This document shows, piece after piece, positions 1 through 14,742 of a DNA stretch of 38,068 nucleotides. The translations under genes were made by a program, and so were the position numbers. The notes under the pieces are model-generated. The model had not been told where the DNA came from and searched no databases. It saw only the letters and a list, made by a program, of their open reading frames with translations. How positions within the stretch are numbered: position 1 is the first letter of the stretch; each line of letters starts with the position of its first letter. The DNA comes from Macrostomum lignano (lineage: Eukaryota), in NCBI GenBank assembly GCA_002269645.1, contig NIVC01004688.1, positions 1-38,068 of the forward strand. The letters run 5' to 3'.

Positions 1-300
1 CTAATCTCCCTCTCTGAACTCTAATCTCCCTCTCTGACCCCTAATCTCCCTCTCTGATCTAATCTCCCTCTCTGCGATATCTAATCTCCCTCTCTGATCA
101 ATCTCCCTCTCTGACCCCTAATCTCCCTCTCTGACCCCTAATCTCCCTCTCTTAATCTCCCCTAATCTCCCTCTCTGATCCCTAATCTCCCTCTCCGATC
201 TCCTAATCTCCCTCTCTGTGATCTCTAATCTCCCTCTCTGACCCTAATCTCCCTCTCTGACCCCTAATCTCCCTCTCTGATCCCTACTCTCCCTTCTGTG
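1..300. repeat. Minisatellite, ~20-21-bp unit (CTAATCTCCCTCTCTGAYCC), about 14 copies, probably intronic in the Hv-like gene
   Basis: Tandem copies read directly from window start to ~300; followed by a pyrimidine tract and a CCGCAG acceptor ending at 406. Confidence 0.9.
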
Positions 301-406
301 ATCCCTAATCTTTTTAGACACAAAACCCTGACTTCAAATCCTCACACTGATCCCTAAATTCCCTCTCTAATTCCTCCCCTCCACTCCGTACACTCCGACA
401 CCGCAG

Positions 407-3004
<2,598 letters not shown>

Positions 3005-3422
3005 CCGACTTTGAGACTATGATGAGTTCACCTAATAGTGGCTAGCATACTCTATTCACACCTTTGATCATCGCTAATCGAATAGTAGCACCATGCGCCT
3101 TGTTAGCAGCGATTTTTGACTTACACTCAGTTAACATCAAATATATACATATCAAAATACATAATATACCATGAAAAGACATTGTAAAACAACTGTCACT
3201 CACTGATAAACTTAAAGTGCCTTTAGTTTGCTGGATCCAATATGGTTTAAAAAGTATTTTAAAATGGCAATTTTGTAATAACTGCATTCTGAGAGATTGG
3301 AATTTTTCAATTCAAAGCTACACATTTTAATTCTGATTATCTTGTCTTCTAGAAGAAAACATTTCCACTGGGCCTTGGGTAGCGGGCTGCTATTAAGGCA
3401 GGCACACACTGACTCTGTGTTG

Positions 3423-3436
3423 GTTTCCATGGCAAC
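3423..3436. promoter_or_regulatory. X-box (RFX-binding) motif GTTTCCATGGCAAC
   Basis: Matches the 14-bp near-palindromic X-box consensus (GTTNCCATGGNAAC); ends ~137 bp upstream of the ATG at 3573. Confidence 0.55.
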
Positions 3437-3572
3437 AGTGAAACAAAAATTGTGTTGTGAATACAAGGCTATATAATAGCTGCTAAGAGCTGCCTGACTG
3501 AGCACTGAAATTGTGGATAGCATAACTGATTGCATTTGACTGGTGAGTCATCTCCTCACAGAAAATCCAACA

Positions 3573-5069
3573 ATGAGTCTTGAAGACTCCAGTGACAGCT
3601 CGAGTTCGGACGCGCCTCCCGCTACCCCAACTCCTCTCTGCATCATCTGCGACCAAGCTGCAGTCGGTGTGGCTCCGTTCTCCCGCTGCCACATGTGCAG
3701 TCAACACCTCAGTGTCGATGTGGCCAATCTATTCAAGCTCAAGGAGGAGGTCGAAGAGCTGCTGCGTGCCTACTCACAAGAGCCACAAGAGTCACAAGAG
3801 TCACAAGATTCACAAGAGTCGCAAGGCGCAGAAGGTGCAGCTAGCCGTGCAGCGCTGCTGCGACACCGACAAGACGCTGAGTCGCTGCGTCGTCTCGCTC
3901 TCGACATCCAACAGCAGCTGCAAGAGGTCAATCACAAATTCGATTTGGTACAGCAACACATCGACTCGTTTCGTAGCAGGGTGACGGGCCAGCTCTCAGG
4001 TGTGCTTGAGGCAGTGCGTGTGTGCGAGCGGGACCTCGAGGACGTCTCCAGCTACAAGCAGGAGGTGGCCACGGCGGAGGCTGCAGGCGACATGGCGGAG
4101 CTGCTTCGCCTGGTCCAGTCCATGCACAAATCGCTTGGAGACTTGGAGGCCGACTTTGAGAGGTCAGAGCGCCTGCTCAGAGACCAGAGCGACAATGAGG
4201 AGCTGCAGGTGCGGCTTCTGGGCCAGCTCGAGCGGCTGGTCGGCATTTGTGCGGGACGCAGTGAAGATCAGGGTGACTGGTTGAGAGACGCTGCGGTGAC
4301 CGCCACATCCGAGGAGATAGACAGAGAAATAGCTGCTGCTGAGAGAGAGAGAATGAAAGAGCCGATGGTATTCAGTCACAAGGTGAAGCTGGATGGCCTC
4401 GTTGATTGCCTTGCTGTGTGCAGCGACACCAGCGGATTCGTTGGTGACCGCTCAGGCCGTGTGGTTCCCGCCGACTCAGCGGTAGATTGCAGCAAGGCTC
4501 TGCCTTAGCCCAGCATCATTGCATCATTCCTTTGCTTTAGTAACAAGGATCACCTACTGCTGCTGTCTGTGGACGGTTCACAGAAGCTGCGGTGCCACTG
4601 CGACATCGACTGGAAGCAGCGCATCTGTGGCCTTCACTGCGACCGTCAGCTGCTGTTCATTGCTCAGCCTGACGCAGTGACAGTGACGGACCTGAGCGGT
4701 CGCGCGGTGCGTCGAGTCCGCCCACACATTGAGGGCTTCGGTGACATCAGGGGAATCGGCGGCAACGCAGCCTCCGTGTTTGTGTCCAGTGGAAACAAAA
4801 TTGCTGCATTCAGCAAAGCGACTTGGCAGATGGAGACGGTCATCACGCTGTCTCAGCTTCCTCGTGCTCGACTGGGCAACCTGGCGACTCACGACAACTG
4901 CATTCTGGTGACAGACTGGGAGCACGATCAGGTGCACAGAGTGCGCATCGACACCCAGCAGCTGGTCGCCTCCTTCCCGACTCAGCGTTCCGACCTCCAA
5001 CAGTTTAAATTTCCATATGATGTGGCCGTCGACAGCAGAGGCCGCCTGTTCGTGAGTGAATTTTCATAA
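3573..5069 (+). CDS. Degenerate B-box-like Zn finger / coiled-coil / NHL-like beta-propeller protein (TRIM-NHL-like); probable exons 3573-4481 and 4548-5051, 3' end unresolved
   Basis: ATG 3573 follows a CTCACAG acceptor; CIIC-x12-CHMC-x2-H motif; long heptad-rich region (ESLRRLALDIQQQLQEVNHKFDLVQQHID); beta-rich repeats ending FKFPYDVAVDSRGRLFVSE, typical of NHL repeats. A phase-0 intron 4482-4547 (GT...AG) joins the two ORFs in frame; strong donor TTC|GTGAGT at 5052. Confidence 0.6.
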
Positions 5070-5449
5070 CTTACCTCGTAGTCCTCATAACTTCTCTCAA
5101 TGTTTTTCTATTTCTAGAAGTTTCAGCACCAGCAATGGGACTTGACTTTGAATTGAATTTCTGCAAAAATGGCATGCAGTTTGCTTTAATTCTCCTCACT
5201 CGCTGCAGACTCAGCGCTCGCTTCTGTGTTGCATTTTCCTCAATGGGTCACTGCTGTGTGCATGGGCACAGGTATTTTTAGCTGGGAAATTGTTGTTAAA
5301 ATATGAGTGCTTTGGAAAGTAGAAAATAATGCCTTAAACTGGAGTAGGAGATCTAATCAAAGGAATCTGGGATAGGGTCTATGATGGAATTCTAGCATGG
5401 GGATCTGTGATAAGGATCTGGAAAGGTTGTCCAGCGCATAAAGCCTCCC

Positions 5450-5910
5450 AGTTTCTCTCATTAGCTCCATCAACACCCATTCTCTCATTAGCTCCATCAA
5501 CACCCAGTCTCTCATTAGCTCCATCAACGCCCATTCTCTCATTGGCTCCATCAACACCCAGTCTCTCATCAGCTCCATCAACACCCAGTCTCTCATTAGC
5601 TCCATCAACACCCAGTCTCTCATTAGCTCCATCAACACCCAGTCTCTCCCAGCAGCTCCATCAACACCCAGTCTCTCATTAGCTCCATCAACACCCAGTC
5701 TCTCATCAGCTCCATCAACACCCAGTCTCTCATCAGCTCCATCAACACCCAGTGTTTCATCAGCTCCATCAACACCCAGTGTTTCATCAGCTCCATCAAC
5801 ACCCAGTGTTTCATCAGCTCCATCAACACCCAGTCTCTCATTAGCTCCATCAACACCCAGTCTCTCATCAGCTCCATCAACACCCAGTGTTTCATCAGCT
5901 CCATTAACAC
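5450..5910. repeat. 27-bp minisatellite (AGCTCCATCAACACCCAGTCTCTCATY), ~17 copies
   Basis: Read directly; gives the 9-aa periodic WVLMELMRD ORFs. Confidence 0.93.
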
Positions 5911-6319
5911 ACAGTCTCCATCTGCCCAGAATTATTTCCAATTGGCTTCAGAGTCAAAACTGAGTTGTGAAAACAACTTTTACTTTTATGATTGACAATA
6001 TTTGAGCAATCAGATTTATTAGTAAAATATTTCTCATTGGGATGAACTGAATATATTTTAATTATTCGGAATTCAGATTAAAGTTCGCCTTTGTCAGCAA
6101 CAACTTGAAGGTGAACTGCAGAAAGGCAGGTATAAAATGATCAGTTTTAAGGCAAAGACAGTCACTGATTTGGTGCAGTGTGGTACATCAGAGTTTGCTA
6201 ACAGCTGAGGGCACAAAGGACGGTGCAGCACAGAAGAGCAGAGAGGAGGATTGACGGCTGCAGTCACTGCTGCTGTGGGCTGTTCGGTCAGATTTATGAG
6301 CTGAAGCTGAACATCCTTG

Positions 6320-6982
6320 TCAGTCCACCTTGGCGATCTCCACCATCCTGCCGGCATTGAGGATTTCAATCCAGTAGCCGTCAGGGTCCAGAATGAAGGC
6401 GAGGCCCTTCATCTTGCCATCGTCCGGCTTCTTGGCGAACTTCACGCCGAGTCGGTCGAAACGCCTGCAGGCCTCGGCGACATCCGGGACGCTGATGCCG
6501 ATGTGGCCGAAGCCGCGGGGGTCCGAGTTGCCGTTGTGGTAGGCCTGGCAATGGGATTGGTGTGGGATGGCAATGGGATTCAGCAGTCCAGACACTGGGA
6601 TTCAGCAGTCCAGACACTGGGACTCAGCAGTCCAGACACTGGGACTCAGCAGTCCATGAACACACACCTGGTCAGGGTCAGACTCTGTCCCATAGTTGTG
6701 GGTCAGCTCCACAGTCCCCGGCAGCCTGAACAGGTAGGCAATGCGCTCCGTGTCGCCCTTAGGAATGCTGGCCTCCTCAGCGTAGCCCATGAAGTACAGC
6801 GAGAACGCCATGCTGGGGAAGTCGAACTTGCCGAGCAGCCGCATCCCCAGCACTGAGGAATAAAAGTCCAGCGACCGGCGAGGGTCCTTGACTCGCAGCA
6901 TCGTCTGCTGCATGATGAAGCCGCTGGTCTCAGGCGGTGGCGGCTTGCACAGAGCGGCGAGCTCGGATTTTGATAGGGCCAT
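6320..6982 (-). CDS. GLO1: Lactoylglutathione lyase (glyoxalase I); exons 6668-6982 and 6320-6544, 179 aa
   Basis: Phase-0 GT-AG intron 6545-6667. Motifs [36 protein letters not shown] and [12 protein letters not shown] retain all four metal ligands (Gln, Glu, His, Glu). Confidence 0.95.
6581..6656. repeat. 22-bp tandem repeat (CAGCAGTCCAGACACTGGGAYT), ~3.5 copies, in the GLO1 intron
   Basis: Read directly. Confidence 0.85.
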
Positions 6983-7051
6983 GATTGATTGACAGGTGAC
7001 AGCAGGTTGCCAGGTGGGGGATTGGGGTTGGGATTGGAGTGCTGAATGTGA

Positions 7052-7432
7052 CTGATTGATACCTGAATATGGCACTGATTGACACCTGAATATGGCACTG
7101 ATTGAAACCTGAATATGGCACTGAATGACACCTAAATATGGCACTGATTGACACCTGAATATGGCACTGACTGAGACCTGAATATGGCACTGACTGACAC
7201 CTAAATATGGCAGTGAGTGATACCTGAATATGGCACTGATTGACTCCTGAATATGGCACTGATTGACAGCTGAATATGGCACTGATTGACACCTGAATAT
7301 GGCACTGATTGACACCTGAATATGGCACTGATTGACACCTGAATATGGCACTGATTGACACCTGAATATGGCACTGACTGAGACCTGAATATGGCACTGA
7401 CTGACACCTAAATATGGCACTGACTGACACTA
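7052..7432. repeat. 23-bp minisatellite (ACCTGAATATGGCACTGATTGAC), ~16 copies, immediately upstream of GLO1
   Basis: Read directly; explains the false N-terminal extension of ORF 6602-7420. Confidence 0.93.
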
Positions 7433-8124
7433 ATCATGCTAACAATTATCAAATAAATTGAACACTCAAGGCTTCAGTTTCACAGTCGCACTGAAGCAGG
7501 GAAAAATCTGCCTACAAGCTGCAGTTGCTGACCAGATGCAGGCACAGCTCGCATGCCAATTTGTATTCAGACTCACCGACACTGCAGCAAAGCGATGGCC
7601 GATTGGCTATAATTGACAGGCAACAGAAATCATGCACTGGTATTGCTCAGCTTTTGACAGAATGCATGAAAATTACAATAAGGAAAACGCTACTGACTAC
7701 TAACAGTAGTAGGGAAGTGACACACCAGCTTAGAAACCTACCGCAGATTAAAGTACATTCGGAGACTAAATGATGAGAACAGTATCAATATTAAAACTTA
7801 AACTAATGCAAAGGGACTGGGGTATTCAACAACAGACATGCATATTGAGGACAAATGAAGGTCGATTATTCAAGCCTCTTATTGACAAGTCGCTACTGTT
7901 AATAACAAAACAGTAACAAAGTACATAATGTACTTATAGATGATAACTTTGACTGGCTTACAAAATTCATAACAGCATTTGTGGCTGATGGGTTAAGCTG
8001 CAGATACAGGAATATGTGCTTGAAATATTTAATGACTTATGAGCTTTTAAAATGCATTGAATCTTTATTAAGCATTCGGGACTGAGTGACGTGAATATTA
8101 GGGTTTCTGAGGCTAAGATTAGTC

Positions 8125-8881
8125 TATCAGATTATTCACAATCTGGTCATAGATCTATCAGATTATCCACAATCTGGTCATAGATCTATCAGATGATCCA
8201 TAATCTGGTCATAGATCTATCAGATGATCCACAATCTGGTCATAGATCTATCAGATGATCCACAATGTGGTCATAGATCTATCAGATGATCCACAATCTG
8301 GTCATAGATCTATCAGATGATCCACAATGTGGTCATAGATCTATCAGATGATCCACAATCTGGTCAAAGATCTATCAAATGATCCACAATCTGGTCAAAG
8401 ATCTATCAGATTATCCACAATCTGGTCACACATCTATCAGATTATCCACAATCTGGTCATAGATCTATCAGACTATCCACAATCTGGTCACAGATCTATC
8501 AGATGATCCACAATCTGGCCACAGATCTATCAGATTATCCACAATCTGGTCATAGATCTATCAGATTATCCTCAATCTGGTCACAGATCTATAAGATTAT
8601 CCACAATCTGGAGACAGATCTATCAGATGATCCACAATCTGGTCACAGATCTATCAGACTATCCACAATCTGGTCACACATCTATCAGATTATCCACAAT
8701 CTGGTCACACATCTATCAGATTATCCACAATCTGGTGACAGATCTATCAGATGATCCACAATCTGGTCACAGATCTATCAGATTATCCACAATCTGGTCA
8801 CAGATCTATCAGATGATCCACAATCTGGTCACACATCTATCAGATGATCCACAATCTGGTCACACATCTATCAGATGATCT
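8125..8881. repeat. 31-bp minisatellite (CAGATKATCCACAATCTGGTCAYAGATCTAT), ~24 copies
   Basis: Read directly; 31-aa periodicity of the overlapping ORFs. Confidence 0.93.
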
Positions 8882-8939
8882 ACCAGCCAATATCTCACAG
8901 AAACTGGACCACAGCAGTCCCACAGTGCACCGCAGAAGA

Positions 8940-11900
8940 TCACCAGTTTTCGTGACCGCCGCTGCCGCCACCGCGTGGAAAGCCGCCGTACCGAGCCAGT
9001 CTGGGGTCCGCGCCGCTGGGCTGGCGGGACTGCGGCTGAGGCTGCGGCTGCTGCTGGCTGGCAAAGTGGGCAGCGGAGGCAGAGACGGACCGCCGCCACC
9101 TCCGGCACCTCCCGCACCTGCGCCACTTCCGCCACCCCCGCTGCCGCCGAAGAGCGAGTCGAGAGCCTTCTGAATCTGGCCAATATTTGGCTGGGGAGGC
9201 TGCTGCTTGGACTGATGAGGCTGAGGCTGCTGGCCAGCCGCACCAGCCGCTGCCGGATTCAATAAGCTGAGAATTTTTGCCTGCAAGTCGGCTTGCTGCT
9301 GCAGAATGCTGGCTGCTGGGGCTGCCGGCTGCTTCTGCTGCTCCGGCGTTCTCTGAGGCGCCTGCTGGTGAGGATTCTGAGGTTGCTTAGGCTGCTGATG
9401 ATGCTGAGCCTGCTGTAGATGCTGGGGATGCTGAGGCTGCTGGCTTTGATGAGGCGGAATATTGGGATTGGAACGATTATGCTGCTGCATCATTATGGGA
9501 GGATGCTGAGCCGGCTGCTGCTGATGATGCTGCGGTGGATTTTGAGGAAGCTGGCCGATGGATTGGTTTGACGCAACGGAGACTGGGGCACCCGATTGAT
9601 GATGGCTGGAGTCTGGAATGGAGTGTGGGAAACGAATTTGAGACCATGCTTAAGTTGATGGCGGATTTGAGACAATGCTCAAGGGGATGGCGGATTTGAG
9701 GCCATGCTCAAGGGATGGCGGATTTGAGACCATGCTCAAGGGGATGGCGGATTTGAGGCCATGCTCAAGGGGATGGCGGATTTGAGACCATGCTCAAGGG
9801 GATGGCGGATTTGAGGCCATGCTCAAGGGGATGGCGGATTTGAGACCATGCTCAAGGGGATGGCGGATTTGAGGCCATGCTCAAGGGGATGGCGGATTTG
9901 AGACCATGCTCAAGGGGATGGCGGATTTGAGGCCATGCTCAAGGGGATGGCGGATTTGATTTGTGAAGTTCAAAAGCTGCTTAAACGGGCAGCTCATTAA
10001 CCTTCGTGAGCAGCCCATGCCGGTGAGCTGAGCACCCAACTCACAGCTCCTATCCTGCACGGAGCCGGCACCAGCCGCCAGCCGCTCCCGCCTGGCCGAA
10101 ATGAACTCGGCCAGCTCGTCCAGCTCCCGGCCGCTGAGCATCCGATGATCGGCCAGCAGGTGCAGCAGGTGCATCAGCCGAGGCGTCGGCCGCACGAAAC
10201 CCGCCGGCAGCCGCTCGTTGCCGGTTGGCGCCGCCACCGAAGCCGGAGGCGGCAGCTCGCGAAGGTCGCGAAGCACCGTCTCGAAATGACGGCCCAGCAT
10301 GGACTGGGCGTCGTCTATGGGCATGTTGCGGTGCTCTGCGAGGGGGGGGGGGTGGCGAGTCTTCGAGATGGCAGCTCGATGTCGGGACTCTCTGGCTCTT
10401 CCCGCTGTCTGTCTGTCTCTTGCCGCTGTCTGCTTGTCTCTTTTCCGTTGTCTACCTGTCTCTTTTCCGCTGTCTACCTGTCTCTTTTCCGCTGTCTACC
10501 TGTCTCTTTCGCTGTCTACCTGTCTCTTTTCCGCTGTCTACCTGTCTCTTTCGCTGTCTACCTGTCTCTTTCCGCTGTCTACCTGTCTCTTTCCGCTGTC
10601 TACCTGTCTCTTCCCGCTCTCTACCTGTCTTTGCTTAACTCTCTGTCTTTTTCTCTTTATCTCCTAATTCTCTCTTTACGTCTCAATTGGACTACTACTA
10701 GTCAGACCCATCTCTAAACTCACCAAAGGGCTGCTGGCCATAGAAGATTCTAACAGTACACGATTGGTGCAACTCGTTCTGCCGATTCAAAATCACAGCG
10801 TAGAGCACGCCAGTCCTGGCCAGATCTTCCATAGCCAACGGCATTAGCGATTCGTGTTTGAGCACGATTAGATTAGTGCTCAGGGAGAGCCGGTTTAACC
10901 GACGTTCGACACTTTCAGCATAGGGCCTGTGGCGTGGTGTTAAATGAAAACTGTCGTAGTATCGCATCATTTACACGTATTAAAATAGTTTCAAGGGTCA
11001 GCTGGAGGTGGCATACTAGCACTGAGGTAACGCGTCTAGCTCGGGAGAAGCTGTAAGCTGTAAGGGAAGCAGTGGTCTGGCGCGGCACTTTAAAATGTAC
11101 CAGCTGCCCAGGCTCGATGCCAAGTGCAGTCACATTATTTGGGGCGAAATTGGAATCTCGGCTTGGCTCTGCTCGTGCAAATTATCGCCTTTGAGGGCCA
11201 ACCCCCAAGGCACAGTGTGAAGTGTACATGCCTAACGATCAATAAAGTTCGGGCCGCTGTACACTCCGGAGTGTGTGCCTGCTATAATTAAACTAAACAG
11301 ACTGCCGATATGTATAGTTATACGATATGTATGTAAAACGACACATTGATGCAGAATGATTGTCACGCAAGCAGCAAGAAAATTGATTTTTATTTTAGCA
11401 GTAACACTTTTTCTCATTAAGGTAAGAGAGAAAAAGTAATTAACGCATCGGTGGAAATTGTCACGAAATCAAAACTCAGGTAGTTCTTTCTGCCCTGATT
11501 GCAGCGCATGGGCATTTTGGCGGACGGCGTCCGGCGCGGATCTAATACGGCGCGGCGCGGCGCGTACGGCGCGCGGCGATTAGTACGGCGCGGCGCGGTA
11601 CTAATTAGATGCCGAGGCATTTAGGCTTGATAAGACAGTCATAGTTACTCCTGCCGTTTACCCAAAACTGCGTTAATTTTGCTTTAGAGTTTCTTTCATA
11701 GGTAAGTCATTTCACAGCGTGGCGCAGGTTGTGTAGGCGTCTGGCGTACTTAAGCCATGCGCTGCAATAGGGCTTTCTGCACTTCTACTTTTTTGTATAT
11801 TTCGTGACAACTATTGCCTACACAATAAGAAGTTGCACAGACATAATGCAATAAAGAAGCTGTCTATCACGTTAAGGTATTTTAATAACCAACTCGAATA

Positions 11901-12146
11901 ATTAGAAAAACTCGTTTTACAGGCTAATGAAAATTGTCATCCAACTAGGATGCAATTACAAAAATGTTTTTTTTAGTTTTTCATATAATAAATCATATAT
12001 CAGAAGCTAAGTGTAACCAGTTATAAAACATCTTATTAATCATTGCAATTGCGCGTGCGCATGCATGTTATGTTCCCTCGTCTAAGGGCTACTCGTATAC
12101 GCATGTCAACACACCCGCCCACACACCAAAGCAGGGCTACATTCCC

Positions 12147-12195
<49 letters not shown>

Positions 12196-14101
12196 TCTAG
12201 TGAAATGTAGAATGTAGATTTAGCCACTACATATATATACGAGTACTTATAAGTCTACCATGATTGCAATTCAAACGATCAAAATGCTGATGGCTTCCAA
12301 TTCAGCTCCGTGAACTTAAAAATTTGGCCAACTGTAATTAAAATGCAAGACATCTTATCAGGATTAAAGAGAACGGGGAGGGGTTGATAAATACTGACTG
12401 AGAAATATCCCACAATGTGTATACTACATTACAGATGTACTATTAAGTATTTTACTGTCTGAAAATTGAAAATTGAAATCAAACATCCATCATATTCTCC
12501 TACATGGCAGTCGTGAAGAGCTATGAAAGACAACGCTCGTATCTACTCAAGAAACAGTATCATGTATAAAATCTACTATAAGACATTCCACTCTTAGATC
12601 CCAGTCCACAAATGTTTACTGTCAAGGACACATTCCTGCAATCTATTGAGACACAATTCTATTGTTGAGGATACATTTATACAATCTAGTGAGACACAAT
12701 TCTACTGTCAAGGACACATTGAGACACAATTCTACTGTCAAGGACACACTGAGACACAATTCTATTGTCAAGGACACATTGAGACACATTTCCACCGTCA
12801 AGGACACAGTGAGACACATTTCCACTGTCAAGGACACATTGAGACACAATTCTACTGTCAAGGACACACTGAGACACAATTCTATTGTCAAGGACATATT
12901 GAGACACATTTCCACCGTCAAGGACACAGTGAGACACAATTCTACTGTCAAGGACACATTGAGACACAATTCTACTGTCAAGGACACACTGAGACACAAT
13001 TCTATTGTCAAGGACACACTGAGACACAATTCTATTGTCAAGGACACATTGAGACACATTTCCACCGTCAAGGACACAGTGAGACACATTTCCACTGTCA
13101 AGGACACATTGAGACACAATTCTACTGTCAAGGACACACTGAGACACAATTCTATTGTCAAGGACACATTGAGACACATTTCCACCGTCAAGGACACAGT
13201 GAGACACAATTCTACTGTCAAGGACACACTGAGACACAATTCTACTGTCAAGGACACATTGAGACACATTTCTACTGTCAAGGACACATTAAGGCACGTT
13301 TCTACCGTCAAGGACACATTAAGACACAATTCTACTGTCAAGGACACATTAAGGCACGTTTCTACCGTCAAGGACACATTAAGACACAATTCTACTGTCA
13401 AGGACATAAACACAGATTCTACATCATAAAACGCATTTTTATACTATTAGACAGGTCCTTTTAAAACCATTTAAAACCAGGACCTAATTAAAACACATCT
13501 AGACAATAATTAGGACCTTGAAGACAGGCTCATAGTAGAATTATACAAAAACCTACCGAACTTCAGTTGACGAGGCGATTACGGCAGCGTCATATGCTCG
13601 CTCAGTTGGATGCAACGGCGGATGACGCTGCAAAGGCACCTGATGCTGACTCTGATTGGATTGATGAGGCGTCGATTCTGGTGCAGGTTGCTGCTGCTGC
13701 TGCTGAGGGAAACTCGGTGGCACCATGGATGAGCCGATCGCCTGAGCTGCACCGACGCTGCTTCTCTCGTCCCGGTCTCGGTCGCGATTAAACGAAGGGC
13801 CGCGTCTGCCTCCTCTGTCCCTGTCACGATCTCGATCTCTGCTGTCTCGAGACCTCTCTCGATCTCTGTCTCTGCCTCTATCCCGGTCCCTGTCTCTATC
13901 CCTATCCCTGTCTCGATCCCGATCTCGACTGCCTGGACGCCGAGGCGGCGGGCTGCGACTTCTGTCGCGACTTCTGCTGTAGCTGCCGCTGCCGCTTCTA
14001 CCGGTAGCGCCGCGGCCGCCGTTCTGAGATTGCGATTGCGACCCCGGCTGTTGCAGAGCCTGCTGCTGTTCCTGCTGTTGCTGCTTCTGGTTTGTAGCCA
14101 T
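8940..14101 (-). CDS. NCOA5: Nuclear receptor coactivator 5 orthologue; exons 13557-14101, 10724-10926, 10045-10335, 8940-9612 (one probable 1-bp indel near 9087), ~570 aa
   Basis: GT-AG introns with consistent phases (2,1,1). RD/RS-rich N-terminus, then YDAAVIASSTEVRPYAESVERR...AMEDLAR...NELHQSCTVRIFYG...EHRNMPIDDA and LLADHRMLSGRELDEL..FI..RRERL, matching the recalled NCOA5 motifs DCSVIVVNKQTKDYAESV, HRSCTVNI, EHRNMP and LLADNRYLT; Q-rich tail. Confidence 0.85.
9643..9959. repeat. 29-bp minisatellite (GGATTTGAGRCCATGCTCAAGGGGATGGC) with strict A/G alternation (58-bp dimer), NCOA5 intron 3
   Basis: About 10 copies alternating GAGAC and GAGGC. Confidence 0.92.
10402..10630. repeat. ~21-22-bp minisatellite (GCTGTCTACCTGTCTCTTTTCC), NCOA5 intron 2
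   Basis: Read directly, ~10 copies. Confidence 0.9.
12151..12192. repeat. (TC)21 microsatellite
   Basis: Read directly. Confidence 0.97.
12618..13406. repeat. 30-bp minisatellite (GAGACACAWTTCYAYYGTCAAGGACACABT), ~25 copies, NCOA5 intron 1
   Basis: Read directly; the 10-aa periodic ORFs in several frames are artefacts of it. Confidence 0.95.
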
Positions 14102-14420
14102 TAAAATTGACCTTGTTTTGGCTCAAACTCTACACTTTAGGAATAAAAATATTAGTCTGTATTTTTAGTATTCAGTTTGTGTTCTTTACTTGCTGGAAAA
14201 ATGTTTGCACACATAATAATAATGAAACAAAGAAATGATTAGCGGAAGCAACAGCGATCTATTGCTGTCTGATTTGCTTCTATACAATGTTGCCCGCTTG
14301 CTAAGTTAAATCCTTTTGTTGCTAGGTGGCTTGCTTTTGTTGCTATGTTGATTTTTTCCCACTGTTGCCAAGCTAAAATCCATAGGTCGCTAAGAAGGAT
14401 TATCTCTTAATTTCGGAACG

Positions 14421-14742
14421 GTTGCTATGGTATATCATCCGGTGGCTATGTAAAGTGCCCCTGTTGCTATGGTAAATCATACCGCTATGTAAATTCCTCC
14501 CGTTGCTATGGTAAATAATCTGGTTGCTATGCAAAATACTTAAGTTGCTATGATCAAGCACCGAGTTGCTATGTAAATTACTCCCGTTGCTATGGCAAAT
14601 TACTCCCGTTGCTATGGTAAATAATCTGGTTGCTATGCAAAATACTTCAGTTGCTATGATAAAGCACCGAGTTGCTATGTAAAATACTCCCGTTGCTATG
14701 GTAAATCCAGTAGAGGCTATGCAAAATTATCCCGTTGCTATG
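14421..14742. repeat. 21-bp phased array with conserved GTTGCTATG core and divergent spacers, upstream of NCOA5
   Basis: Cores at 14421, 14463, 14502, 14523, 14544, 14565, 14586, 14608, 14629, 14650, 14671, 14692, 14734. Confidence 0.85.

Noticed and set aside
5357-5941. Periodic ORFs over the 27-bp repeat (likewise 6930-7430, 8503-8878, 10145-10717, 12643-13464, 25583-26535)
   Set aside because: Stop-free frames arise from the minisatellite units; no splice or homology support
5052-6130. Further exons of the NHL-like gene (candidates ~5209-5271 and ~6097-6130)
   Set aside because: Splice signals exist but I could not establish a unique phase-consistent path
11417-11620. CGGCGCGG-rich patch in NCOA5 intron 1 as a MITE or gene
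   Set aside because: Only a ~10-bp inverted match (AATTAACGCA/TGCGTTAATT), no TSD, and the ORF is low-complexity
14421-14742. CRISPR-like repeat-spacer array
   Set aside because: 9-bp core and 12-bp partly repeated spacers are far too short; eukaryotic context and no cas genes
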